A DNA stretch of 64,000 nucleotides from Glaucostegus cemiculus (Eukaryota): the NCBI GenBank assembly GCA_976551045.1, contig CDPCPM010000233.1, positions 9,300,001 to 9,364,000 on the forward strand, read 5' to 3'. Shown here piece by piece: positions 12,772-24,790 of this stretch. Under the pieces are notes generated by a model. That model was not told where the DNA came from and made no database searches. It saw only the letters and a program-made list of their open reading frames with translations. The translations under genes were made by a program, and so were the position numbers. Numbering within the stretch: the first letter of the stretch is position 1; every line of letters begins with the position of its first letter.

Positions 12772-15473
12772 GCTTGTTAGAGATAGCGATCACAACTTCC
12801 TGACCTTTAGCATAGCCGTGAACAAGGATAGGAGCAGACAATATGGGAAAGTTTCTAGTTGGGGGAGAGCTAATTATGATGGTATTAGGCAGGAACTTGG
12901 GAGTGTAATTTGGGAACAGATGTTCTCAGGGAAATGCACAGAAGAAATGTGGAGGCTGCTTAGGGAACACTTGCAATGGGGTTCTGGATAGGTTTGTCCC
13001 ACTGAGAAGGGAAAGGATGGTAGGGTAAAGGACCCATGGTTGACAAGAGGGGTGAAACATTTAGTCAAAAGGAAGAAGAATACTTAAGGTTTAGGAAGCA
13101 AAAAGTAGGCAGGACTCTTGAGAATTATAAGGTAGCCAGGAATGAGCTTAAGAAGGGACTTAGGAAAGCGGGAAGGGGACATGAAAAGGCCTTGGCGAGT
13201 TGGATTAAGGAAAACCCCAAAGTGTTCAACATGTACATGAAGAACATGAGGATGATTAAAATAAGGGCAGGATCACCCAAGGATAAAGGGGAAAACATGT
13301 CCCTGGAGGCGGAAGAGGTAGGGGATGTCCTTAATGAATACTTTGCTTCAGTGTTCACCAAGGAGAGGGAGTTTGATGAATGTGAGTTCGGCGTAGAACA
13401 GGCTAATGTGCTGGAGCATGTTGAGGTTAAGAAAGAGGTAGTGTTGGAACTTCTGAAAAACATTATGATAGTTAAGTCCCTGGGACCAGATGGGATATAC
13501 CCCAGGTTAATATGGAGGGTGAGGGAAGAGATTGCTGGTGATGATGATATTTGTGTCCTCCCTGGCCACAGGAGTGGTACCAGAGGACTGGAGGATGGCA
13601 AATGTTGTTCCTTTGTTCAAGAAAGCTAACAGGGATAATTCTGGGAATTATAGACCTGTGAGTCTTACGTCAGTGGTGGGCAAGCCATTGGAGAAGATTC
13701 TTAGGGACAGGATTTACAAGCATTTGGAGAAGCATAGTCTTATTAGGGATAGTCAGCATGACTTTGTGAGGGGCAAGTTGTGCCTCACAAGCCTAATTGA
13801 GTTTTTCAAGGAGGTAACAAAATAAATTGATGAAGGCAGAGCCATGGATGTGGTGTATATGGACTTTAGTAAGGAGTTTGATAAGGTTCCCCATGATAGG
13901 CTCATCCAGAAAGTCATGAGGCTTAGATTCCATGGAAACTGGCCGCGTGGATTTAGAATTGGCTTGCCCACAGAAGGCAGAGGATGGTAGTAGATGAAGA
14001 GTATACTGCCTGGAGGTCGGTGACTAGCGGTGTTCCACAGGGGTCTGTTCTGGGACCCCTACTCTTGGTGATTTTTATAAATAACTTGGATGAGGAAGTG
14101 GAGGGATGGGTTAGTAAATTTACAGATGACACGAATGTTGTAGGTGTTGTGGATAGTGTAGAAGGTTGTCGTAGGTTACAATGGGATATAGACAGGATGC
14201 AGAGTTGGGCAAAGAAGTGACAGGTGGAGTTCAATCCAGAAAAGTGTGAAGTGATACACTTTGGAAGATCAAACTTGAAGGCAAAGTACAAGGTTAATGG
14301 CAGGATTCTTAGCAGTATGAAGGAACAGACAAATCTTGGGGTCAAAGTCCATAGATTCTTCAAAGTTGCCGCACAAGTGGACAGGGTGATTTTGAAGACG
14401 TATGGTGTACTGACCTTCATTAGTTGGGGGATTGAGTTCAAGAGCCATGAGGCAATGTTGCAGCTCTATAAGACTCTGGTTAGACCACATTTAGAGTATT
14501 GTGTTCCATTCTAGTCACCTCATTATAAGAAGGATGTGAAAGCTTTGGGGAGGGTGCAGAGGAGATTTACCAGGATGCTGCCTGGATTAGAGAACATGTC
14601 TCATGAGGAAAGGTTGAGCGAGCGAGGGCTTTTCTCTTTGGAGCGATGCAGGAGGTGTATAAGATTATGAGGGGCATAGATATAGTGGACAGCCAACACC
14701 TTTTCCCCATGGTGGTAATGGCTAATACCAGAGAACATCAGTTTAAGGTCAGAGGAGGAAAGTTTAGGGGAGATATCAGAGGTAGTTTGTTTTTTTTTTT
14801 GTTGTTTTTTTTTTTTACACAGAGAGTGGTGGGTGCCTGGAATGCACTGCCGGGGGTAGTGGTAGAGGTTGATACAATAGGGACATTTAAAAGACTCTTG
14901 GATTTAACTGTTTTTAATTAGTTTTTAACATGTATAATGTTTACTACACCTCTAGTGGTAGCACAAGGAATGGCCGCCTACTAGCTTATTGGTCCGTCCG
15001 TCAGGTGAATATGTGGTTGTTTCATTGGTTGGTTTGGCCACAAGCATCCAATAGGTTCCCTGATTGGACTATTGTTAGCTAAAGAGCATCTCTTATCTCA
15101 GGTATAAAAGGTGTTGCTTTATGTTAATCTCTCTCTGGCTTGTCTCCCCTGGCCTGAGCTTCATCTTTTGTTCCCATTGTCTTGGCTCATCAAAGCTAGT
15201 GCCATATGCTCTGTGACTGTTTCATTGTTTTAAACTTTTCCAATAAAACTCTGAAGCACAAGTTGTTTTCATCTCATTCCTGGACTCCTGATAGAGCCTG
15301 TGAATTCGAAAATAACCAGATCGTACAGGCACATGGAAGTAAGTAAATTGGAGGGTTATTGGCTGTATAGGAGAGAAGGGTTAGATGGATCATGGCGTAG
15401 GTTTATATAGGTCAGCACAACATAATGGGCCGAAGGGACCATATTGTGCTGTACTGTTCTACATGTTCTATGT
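12772..15473 (+). mobile_element. 5'-truncated CR1 LINE (ORF2 with stops and frameshifts), interrupted at 14904-15327
   Basis: ORF pieces DSDHN, LNEYFASVFT, NYRPVSLTSVVGK, GVPQGSVLGP, KFTDD, RPHLEYCV. The 3' end resumes at 15328 and ends in gtactgttctacatgttctatgt. Confidence 0.95.
14931..15327 (+). mobile_element. Solo-LTR-like insertion in CR1
   Basis: TGTA...TACA ends; CCAAT/ATTGG boxes at 14988, 15024, 15048 and 15063; TATAAAA at 15103; AATAAA at 15242. No TSD seen. Confidence 0.65.
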
Positions 15474-17098
15474 GGCTAGACAGGGAGGTAAGTGGAACCA
15501 CAAGGAAGAGACTCTGAAGACAACAGGACACGGGAGGAGGGAAAGAGACTGTACAAAGTCACTCAGAGGGTGAGCCTCCAAGGTTTCATCCTTATTAAGT
15601 ATTACTTTTTCATACTGCATGCAGCTTACTTAATAAATCTTTGTACTTGTACAGAAAATGTAAACCAATATGCTTGTACAGAACACCAATATACTTGTAC
15701 AGAAAATGGTTAGTAGTAGTCACAAACAAGTCTCTTGTGTTGATTTAACTTAAATTTTGAAAGTAAAACAAACTATGAATTGGCAAATCTTACACAGAAG
15801 TAGTCCTTTTGATCAAGTAGGAAGAGCTGCCAAGCCTAACCAAAGTGTAGAACTCTTGGTCTATAGCTTTGTTAGTTATGGAACTCATCCAAGTACTCTT
15901 TAAATACAGTGAAGGTTTCTGCCTCTGGGTTTGGAATTCATTCCACAAGACCACAAGACAAAGGAGCAGAAGTAGGCCATTCAGCCCATCAAGTCTGGTC
16001 TGCCACTTCATTGTGAGCTAAACTATTCCCCCATCTATCCCAAATTCCCAGCCTTTTCCACATATCCCTTGATACCCTGACTAATTAGATACCTATCAAT
16101 CTCTGCCTTAAACACCCCCAATGATTGGGACCCCACAGCTGTATGGCAACAAATTCTGTCAATCCACGACCCTCTGGCTAAAGAAATTTCTCTACATCTC
16201 TGTTCTAAATGGGTACCCCCTAATACCAAGACTATGCCCTCTTGTCCTGGACTCACCCACAATGGGAAACAACTTAGTCACATCTACTCTGTCCAGTCCT
16301 TTCAACATTCAAGATGTTTCTAGGAGGTCCACTCTCATTCTTCTGGACTCCAATGAATACAGTCCAAGAGCTGACAAACGCTCCTCATATGTCAGCCCTT
16401 TCATTCTGGGAATCATCTTTGTAAATTTTCTCTGAACCCTCTCCAACATCAGTCCATCCTTTCTAAGATAACAGGCCTAAAACTGCACACAGTATTCCAA
16501 ATGAAGTCTCACCAGTGCCCCACAGAGCCTCATCAACACATCTTTACTTTTAAGCACTATTCCCCTTCAAATGAATGCCAACGTAGCATTCGCTTTCTTT
16601 ATCGCCGAGCCAACCTGGAGGCTAGCCTTTAGGGTATCCTGCACGAGTACCCCCAAGTCCCTTTGCACTTCTGAATTTTTAATTTTTGCCCCATCTAGAT
16701 AATAAACTGCGCATTTATTTCTTCCAAAGTGTACAACCGCACATTTTTCAATATTGCATTTCATCTGCCATTTTTTTTGCCCATTCTCCTAAACTGTTCA
16801 AGTCTCTCTGCAACCTTTGTTTCTTCAACACTTCCTGCTCCTCCACCTACCTTGGTGTCATCTGCAAATTTAGCCTCAAAACCTTTTATTCCATAATCTA
16901 AATCATCGATATACAGTGTAAAGAAGCAGCCCCAACACCAACCCCTGCGGAACACCACTGGTAACTGGCAGCCAACAAAAATAGGATCCCTTTATTCCCA
17001 CCCTTTATGCCTATCAGTCAATGCTCAACTCATTCTAATATCTCTCCTATAATTCCATGGACACTCACCTTATTAAGCAGCCTCTTGCACGGCACCTT

Positions 17099-18140
17099 AT
17101 CAGAATCAGAATCCAGTTTTATTGTCACAACCATATACATACATAGTATGCATAGGAGCGAGACAGGTGCTCGTCCCATAAAATAACATAACAACCAACA
17201 GAGACACACATACACACTTGACAGAATAAACATTAAAAAACATTAAACATTAAAAGCTACGGAAGTTAAAATTAAATTAGTACGCAGATTAAAATTAAAA
17301 ATGGCTGGTAAATAAGTAAATAGTTATTAAAGTGAACGGGCTGGTGTCGGGCATTTAAAGTGCTGGTGCATTTCTGTGCACCTAGCATCTCTTAGTGTTA
17401 ACAAAGGAAGATGGAGGGAAGAGAGAGATTGCAGTTCTGATGGCTTGCGGAAAGAAGCTATTTTTCAGCCTGGTCGTTCTTGCCCTGATACATTTAAGCC
17501 TCCTCCCTGATGGCAAAATTGTGAAGAGGTGGTGGGAGGGGTGAGAAGGGTCGGCCATTATGCTTTTGGTCTTCCTCTCACAACGGTCTTTGTACATGTC
17601 TGCGAGGGATGGAAGCGAGACCACTCCGCAGCCCTAACTATCTTCTAGAGGGACTTCCGCCCAGCAGCTTCCAAACCAAACAGTGATACATTGAGTTAGG
17701 ATGCTCTCAATGGTCCCCCTATAGAAGGTTTTCATGACAGAGGGATGGGGGTACGCTTTCCTCAGTCTCCGCAGGAAGTAGAGGCGTTTCTGAGCTTTCC
17801 TCGTGAGGGCCATAATGTTAGTGGACCAGGTCAGGTCGTCGGTGATGTGCACCCCCAGGAACTTGGTGCTGTGTACTTGTTCCACAGCAGACCCGTTGAT
17901 GGTCAGCGGGGCGTGCACACGGTGACCCCTCCTAAAATCCACTATCATCTCCTTGGTTTTATCCACATTCAAGAAGAGGTTGTTGTCATGGCACCACACG
18001 GCTAGTTGTTTCACCTCCTCTCTGTAGTCCGACTCATCGTCATTCATGACAAGACCCACCACTGTCGGGTCATCGGCAAATTTAACAATGCGGTTGGAGC
18101 TGGATCTGGCCTCACAGTCGTGGGTCAACAAGGTGAACAG
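17099..18140 (-). mobile_element. Rex1/Babar-type LINE, 5'-truncated, nested in CR1
   Basis: ORFs with THDC...[42 protein letters not shown]; (ATTCTG)n tail. Nearly identical to 37398-38787. Confidence 0.92.
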
Positions 18141-18575
18141 ACCTTTTGAAGATCCTTTTGAAGATCGAAGACTTTTTGAAAATCCAAATACACAACATCC
18201 ACTGCTCCTTCCTTGTCCATCCTACTTGAGATTACCTCAAAAAATTCCATTAGGTTCATCAGGCAGGATCTTCCCTTAAGAAAACTGTGCTGACTTGGAC
18301 CTATCTTGTCATGCACCTCCAGGTATTCCATAACCTCATCTTTGAGGATCAACTCCAATAACTTTCCAATCACTGATATCAGACTAATAGGCCTGTAATT
18401 TCCCTTTTGCTGCCTCCCTCCTTTCTTAAACAGTGGAACTACATTTGTAACCTTCCAGTCCTCCAGAACCATGCCAGAGTCTATTAATTCCTGAAAAATC
18501 ATCTCCAATGCCTCCACAATCTCAAAGCCTCCACAATCTCAAAGCCTCCTCCTTCAGAGTCTGAGGGTGCACTTC

Positions 18576-18983
18576 TGTCATGATTCTCAGTACTGGCCCT
18601 TGATTTGGTTCCTTAGATGCCTCATTATACAGCACATGGAATCAATGCTGGACTGATTGCATAATGACACACACCTGAGCCCCATCAGGGGCCTAGCATA
18701 TGTAACTGGGTTTCTCTCACACTAGTTGTCAGAGGATTGGTCAATCTTTGGGTATACTTTGGTTCCTAGCTGCTTAGAGTGGGCTACTCCAGAGCAGTCC
18801 TGCATTCTCTATTTCTGCTTGAAGATTCAGTTTGTGTTGGGATTACTACTCAGATCTCTGAGGCAAGATTCCTTCCAGTGTTGCCTGTGTCTGGTCCTAA
18901 GGAAGTATCCTGACTCCAGTTTTGTTACCAGTGTGCTGCATTTGCGTTCTCTGTGAGCTTGCTCTTCAATCAACATTGTGACA
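18576..18983. mobile_element. Solo LTR (408 bp) with 5-bp TSD ACTTC
   Basis: TGTCA...TGACA ends; ACTTC at 18571-18575 and 18984-18988. Removing it restores the CR1 motif DKSPGPDEVHP. Confidence 0.85.
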
Positions 18984-19289
18984 ACTTCATCTGGTCCAGG
19001 AGACTTATCTGTCCTTAGTCCATTCAGCTTCCTGAGCACCTTCTCTCTAGTAATCTGACTATACTCAATTCTATTCCCTGAGACCCCTGACTATCAGGAA
19101 TATTGCTGATGTCTTCCACAGTGAAGACTGATGCAAAATACTCATTTAGTTCCTCTGCCATCTCTTTGTTACCCATTATAATTTCTCCAGCATCATTTTC
19201 AATTGGTCCTATATCTATTATTCCTGACCCTCTGGGTAGGGTATTTGCACTTGGTGAGTTGTTAACCCCCAACAATATTGATTTTTTTG

Positions 19290-21060
19290 CAGAGGGATAC
19301 TTCTTCCTATTCTCCCTCTCTAGTCCTCCCATAATTTAATACCTTGCATTTAAATCTTCCCTCTGCTTCCTTTGTTTCTAATTAAACAATTCCATTCTTG
19401 TCAATTTTCCCACATAACTGAAACTTTATAGCCCTACCAATATCTTCTTCAACTTCCTTTGCACCCATTCCATTTAATCACAAACTTTGTGTAATGTTGT
19501 GACCAAAAATGTACACAGTACTCCAGCTGTCTTACCAGTGTTTATCACAGTTCCAGAATGATTTCCTTACTATTATTTTCTATGCCTCAGAAAACAGGAA
19601 TGTATTACATATGTATTTTTAAGCACATTAGCTGCCTGACTACTATCTTTAGGAATTGTGGGCATGCATTCCAAGACCTCTCTTGTCCACTACACTTCTT
19701 AGCATCCTGCTTTTAATTACTTACTCCCTTGTCCTGTCCACCCTTGGCCAAAGTATTACCTTAAATTTCTGAACATTGAATTCCTTCTGTCACTTTTCTC
19801 CACACCTGACTGGGCCATTGTTTGCCATCTATATATTCTCAAATGCCTTGTTAAAATCCGTGTGGACTTTGCCAAACGGTCACCAACATTCCTTGTTACG
19901 TCCTGAAAAATTCAATCTATAGTCATACTTGATCATTTAATAGTAAATCCACACTGGCTGTCTTAAATTAATCAGTGCCTTACTATATGCAGTGGATTTT
20001 TGTTTACCAATGGCTGATATACCAGCATGTAGATTCATTTATCATGTTGTTTCAAAACTTCACATTGGTTGTTTAAAACATTTGCACTTCCAAGCTAAAA
20101 GCCCATTTCCAGAGCCTCTAGGCAAGATAGTTTAAGTACAGTAAGGATTCATTGAAATGTGATTAAACTTTTCAAGCTTATTAGAATTTATTCTCATAGC
20201 AGTACTATACCCAATAGAGTTATGTTGCATTGTAATTCTGTCTACAAACCCCTTCAAACGGAAACATTAGGTTTTCACCATTGAAAGAAACTTCGAGGGC
20301 TTTAAAAGCTGGAAAAGGGAACCAATGTAAGACAGCACAAGCTGACATTATAGTATTTGAATAAGCAATAAGCTACAAAGTAAGTACTGAGCAACATGTT
20401 TGATACCTTTTTGTGTGATTTAATGTTCTTTACATTGTCACTCTTTTTGCATTATCCATGGAGATGGTCCCTTCCATTAGTCAAGATTAAACTGGAGCAA
20501 TTCATAATCCATCAATAACTTACCCACCAGTAACGTTTGGTAACTGACCTGTAATTACTTAATCTTGTCTTTCTAACTTCAGGCATTGGTGTTACTTTCT
20601 GTCTTCCAATCCTCCAGGATCATCCATATTAGTCTGAAAGAGTTAGAAAATTGTGGTCAGAGTCTCCCCTATTTCCTCCTTGCCTTCCATTAATAAACTT
20701 TTCACCTTTTACACCCCTCCTTAATTCCATAAACTGTATTTTACCTTTTTAGCAAAGGCATGTGCAAAGTATTCATCCAGACCCATAGACATGACTTCTG
20801 ATTCAAACATAGGTTTTAAGTCCTTCCTTAGGTCCTATTCTTTTCTTAGCAATCCATCTACTCTCTGTGAAGTTTTAACACAGCAATAAATTAAAATTGT
20901 GCTTAATTTTCCATGGGAATATCTTTTCATGTGCTCTCTTTTGATTTCTTAATTTCCTTTGTAATTTTGCCTTATTTCCCCTATTCCTTAAGATTTCTGT
21001 GGTGTTGAGCACCATTGGTTTCTGTCTTTAACTTCCCTCTTTGCCTTATTCTATCCTGTC
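19290..21060 (-). mobile_element. Old decayed CR1 fragments (~19290-19990 and ~20530-21060)
   Basis: gtacacagtactccagctg (antisense of LEYCVH) and caaatgccttgttaaaatcc (antisense of DFNKAF). Confidence 0.55.
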
Positions 21061-21196
21061 ACAGAGCCCTTTTTTGAATTGCTGGTTTTTCTATAGTTGT
21101 TTGTCCGGTATGGCTGGTTTTCCAAGTTGACAGATCTGTAATGACCTGGAAGCATTGATATAATATACATTCAAAGATTGAAAGGTAATATTTAAA

Positions 21197-21480
21197 GGCA
21201 TGGTGGTGCAGCGGTTAGCGTAATGCTATTACAGACCTGGGTTCAATTTTGGCTACTGTCTCCCCATACGTTCTCCCTGTGTCTGAGTGAGTTTCCTCTG
21301 GGTGCTCCAGTTTCCTCCCATATTCCAAAGATGTAGTTATTAGGAAGTTGTGAGCATGCCACGTTGGCACCAGAAGTGTGGCGACACTTGTGGGCTGCTC
21401 CCAGAACACTCCACACAAAAGGTGCATTTCACTGTGGTGGTTTGATGTACATGTGACTAATAAACATATCTTATCTCTTA
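21197..21480 (+). mobile_element. tRNA-derived V-SINE with Rex-like 3' tail
   Basis: A box (tggtgcagcgg), B box (ggttcaatt), V domain gtttcctctgggtgctccagtttcctccca, tail catttcactgt...tacatgtgactaataaa. Confidence 0.85.
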
Positions 21481-22917
21481 TTATTTCTTAGTTGTTTTAA
21501 ATAGAAATTCACTAAAAACACTTGAATAAACTAACAGTATTAAGTCACAGCCAGATAGTGCAGAATTCTGAAGTGGTCACAGCAAGTAACTAACTTCAGA
21601 CTCTCTCCAGAGATGCTGATGTGTCTACAGACAGCATCTGAATTTGTAAACATATTTCTCATTTAAATTCAGCAACTGTATTCCAAATGAAATAACAGAT
21701 CCTTAGAGACTACAACAGTCCTAGAGATGGCTGATATGCTTTTCAATCACTGGCTTATGGAAAAGAAATGTATTTTATACTTCTGAAAAACCTTTTAGGA
21801 ATAAAGGAACAGGAGTAGGCATTCATCCCCTTAAATCAAATTAATGATAACTTAAATCTTAACATCATTCACCTGCCTCTCTTCTATATCTACACATAAA
21901 AACTGGACTTCAGGCATATGGATCCAATTACTGATACAGTCCATCAGTGCTGTTTTGGAAATCACAAGAAAACTTGCAAAAATCTTGTTTTAAGAGACAA
22001 AGATTATAGATTGCGTCCCTTTAAGAGAATTAAAACCAAATCTGCTCTTTTCTAAGACTGCCAATTGTGAGGTTTGCTGCTGCATGCCACTCACGCATTG
22101 ATCCAGGGGAAATGGACAGCGCTATTCCACAGATCACCCCAGAGATGAGGGAAACCAGGGTGCTGTGGGAAGGGGTAGGATTAACAGAATGATAAAGAAG
22201 GCGGTGTGGGAGAAGGTGAGAGCTGTGCGGTAGGGATAACATTGCATGGGTTTCCCAACAGGTTGAGTGGACTGAACATACCCTGTGGCCCTGGGTGCTC
22301 CAAGACACTGCAATCAAAGGCAATATTGCACACCGATCATGGGGCCTGTGAAATGTAGTTAGCATTTCACGGGCCTTTTGATATTTACAGAGGGCTGACG
22401 ACAGCAATATTTTAAAATGAAGTTTACAGGCATAGGGGAGAACACCAATTTTCAGTATGATGCACACCTCTTTATTGTGTGTGGTTTACAAAGGTCATAA
22501 CTCGGCTTCTCATGCATCTTACGTTGTCAAGTAATGAAAATAAATAGTTAATGTTGATGATATCATCACATGTGGGAAATAAAACAGAAGTAAAATCTAC
22601 GTTAGGTCAAATTTCAACAGAAAGTAGGCACTAACACTTCAAAAGTAGTGCAAAGTGATATCCTATGCACAATTTGTACATAAAGAGCTGGCACAAGAGG
22701 GATTCAACTTTAGGCAATGGCTTTTTGATATGATATCTAAGCAAAACAAAACAGCAAAGTGAATAGTTGAGGCCTCAGTAGAGATACTTGCTGGACGTCA
22801 CTGGTTGAGTCTTTTCAGTTCAATATATATCTATCATCTCTGCAGTACATCATTCCCTGTCCAATCCATTATATTGTGATCTTGTGATCAAGGTCCTAAC
22901 CAGGGCAAGAATTTGAA

Positions 22918-24070
22918 ACAAAAACAGAAATGCTGGAAGAACTCAGCCAGGCAAGCAGCATCTTTGGCAAGAGAAACCAGCTACTGTTTCATGTGAAAGA
23001 CCCTTCATCAAAACTGAGAAAGAGAAAGAACAAATTAGTCTAAAACACTATGATGTTGGAGGAACTCAGCAGAACCCTGTAGAAGGGTCCTGACCTGAAA
23101 CATTGACTGCCTGTTTTTCTCCATAGATGGTGCCTGGCCTGCTGAGTTCCTCCAGCATCATCGTGTTTTTCATCTAGATTCCAGCATCTTGCAGTCCTTT
23201 GTTTCTCTAGCAAGTTAGTCTAAATAGTAGTGAAGAAGGGGCGGGCAATGGGTGGAACAAAGGGAATGTCAGTGATAGGGTGAAATGATAGACAGTCATT
23301 GAATGGACAGTTAAACTCCTTTGTCTGTCTAATGTATTTCTAAATATGTGAAGTCTGAGTGATGCTGTACAGTCTGGCCTACTGGAACTTGCTGAGCAAA
23401 GCAGAACATACAAATAAACAAAGGAGGGGGTGGGGAAGGAAGAATGGAGGTACAAATGGCCAGTCCAGATATAAACAGAAAGAAAAAGCAAGTTTCTGAA
23501 GCTGGAGAATTCAGTATTGAGTTCTGCAGGCTGTAACGTGCCCAAGCGATAAATGAAGTGTTGTTTCTCGAGCTTACATTGGGCCTCATTATAACAGAAC
23601 AAGAGGGCACAGATCTAGATGTCAGTGTGGGTGTGAGACTGTAAATTATAATGGCAGGCAATCAAAAGCTCGGGGGTCTCTTGCGGTCTGAGCCTGGGTG
23701 CTCTGCAAAGTGGTCAACCAATCTGCGTTCGGTTTTTCCAGTGTGGAGAAGGCCACGTTGTGAACATCAAACACAGTAGACTAGACTTGAAGAAGTGTCA
23801 GGGCATCATTGCTTCACCTGGAGTTTGGGAAACTAACAGGTGAATAGACAAGTATTGCTGCTTCTTTCAGTACATGGAAAGGTGCTGTCAGACAGGAAGT
23901 GGTGAGGGGGGACAGAAGAGCAACTAAGGAGTATGTTCTGTAATGTTCTGTGTTCCATGAGTCATGAAGTCAGTGCTCCCTGTGAAAATGTAGGAAGAGG
24001 ACGTGGGGGATGGAGATGTGACTGCTGATGAGATCATTTTGGAACTGGTGGAAAATGCAAAGGAGGTCGA
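22918..24070 (-). mobile_element. Penelope-like element 3' part (GIY-YIG C-terminus plus terminal repeat), with a nested mini-element at 23045-23210
   Basis: ORF segment KLEKQHFIYRLGTLQPAELNTEFSSFR; terminal repeat at 22918-23020 with a hammerhead-like motif. Confidence 0.8.
23045..23210 (+). mobile_element. Penelope-derived mini-element (inverted arm plus terminal repeat) with 14-bp TSD
   Basis: caaattagtctaaa (23031-23044) and caagttagtctaaa (23211-23224) flank it. 23042-23072 is the inverted copy of 23139-23169 (29/31). Confidence 0.8.
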
Positions 24071-24124
24071 GAATTTGCCTGTAGCACTGAGTTTTCACTT
24101 CAGGTAACTTTAATATTGAAACTT

Positions 24125-24790
24125 AGAGAATGCCTTCTGGAAATCCAAAGAAGTGACACCCATAAACAAGCCCCTTCAACTGCTTTGGCTATATCCTCAA
24201 TAAGTGCATTTGGGGGTCATATGATTATCATTTGCAAATCCATGGCATCTCTCTCCATTCAGCTCACATTTCTCTAAGTGCTCAGATAATTATAGCTTCC
24301 TATTACTTCTCTGCAACAAATGTTAAACCAACAGGTCTGCAATTTCCTGGTTCCATTCTCTCTCATCTTTCTAACATGATTGAGTTATATTTCCAGTGTA
24401 CCAATTTTCCAATCTCATGGGATGATTCCTGAATTGAGAAAGCTTTGACTAAAGAAACTGCAATTTCCTCACTTGCATCCATTACAACTCTTTGTAGAAA
24501 GACTGTCTGTCAGATTTAATGGTCTTTAGCATCAGTTGTTCTGCTAATGCTGTTTTCTTCTTTATGTTAACCTTTGTGCGCTCTAATCTTTATTTCAATA
24601 AAATCTTTGAAATGGCAGGTAAAATTCCTTCTTCCACAATGATGACAAAATAATTTTTCAGCAAATCTGCCACATAGCTGTTTTCACTTGAAATAACACC
24701 ACCATTTAGTTTAAGAAAGCCCACATTCCCTTCATTATCCTATCTCTTTTAATCAGACAGTAAAATGTTCTTATTTTGACCTTCAAATCA
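24125..24790 (-). mobile_element. Decayed CR1 fragment
   Basis: aatgccttctggaaatcca is the antisense of DFQKAF; gttaaaccaacaggtctgcaatttcc is the antisense of NCRPVGL. Confidence 0.6.

Larger units (their letters stand above)
15943..19217 (-). mobile_element. 5'-truncated CR1 LINE, interrupted by Rex (17099-18140) and a solo LTR (18576-18983)
   Basis: Tail (cacaagac)n at 15943; ORF pieces KFADDTK, VYLDFQKVFD, NYRPISL, ELNEYFASVFT. Same subfamily as 48932-51270. Confidence 0.95.
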
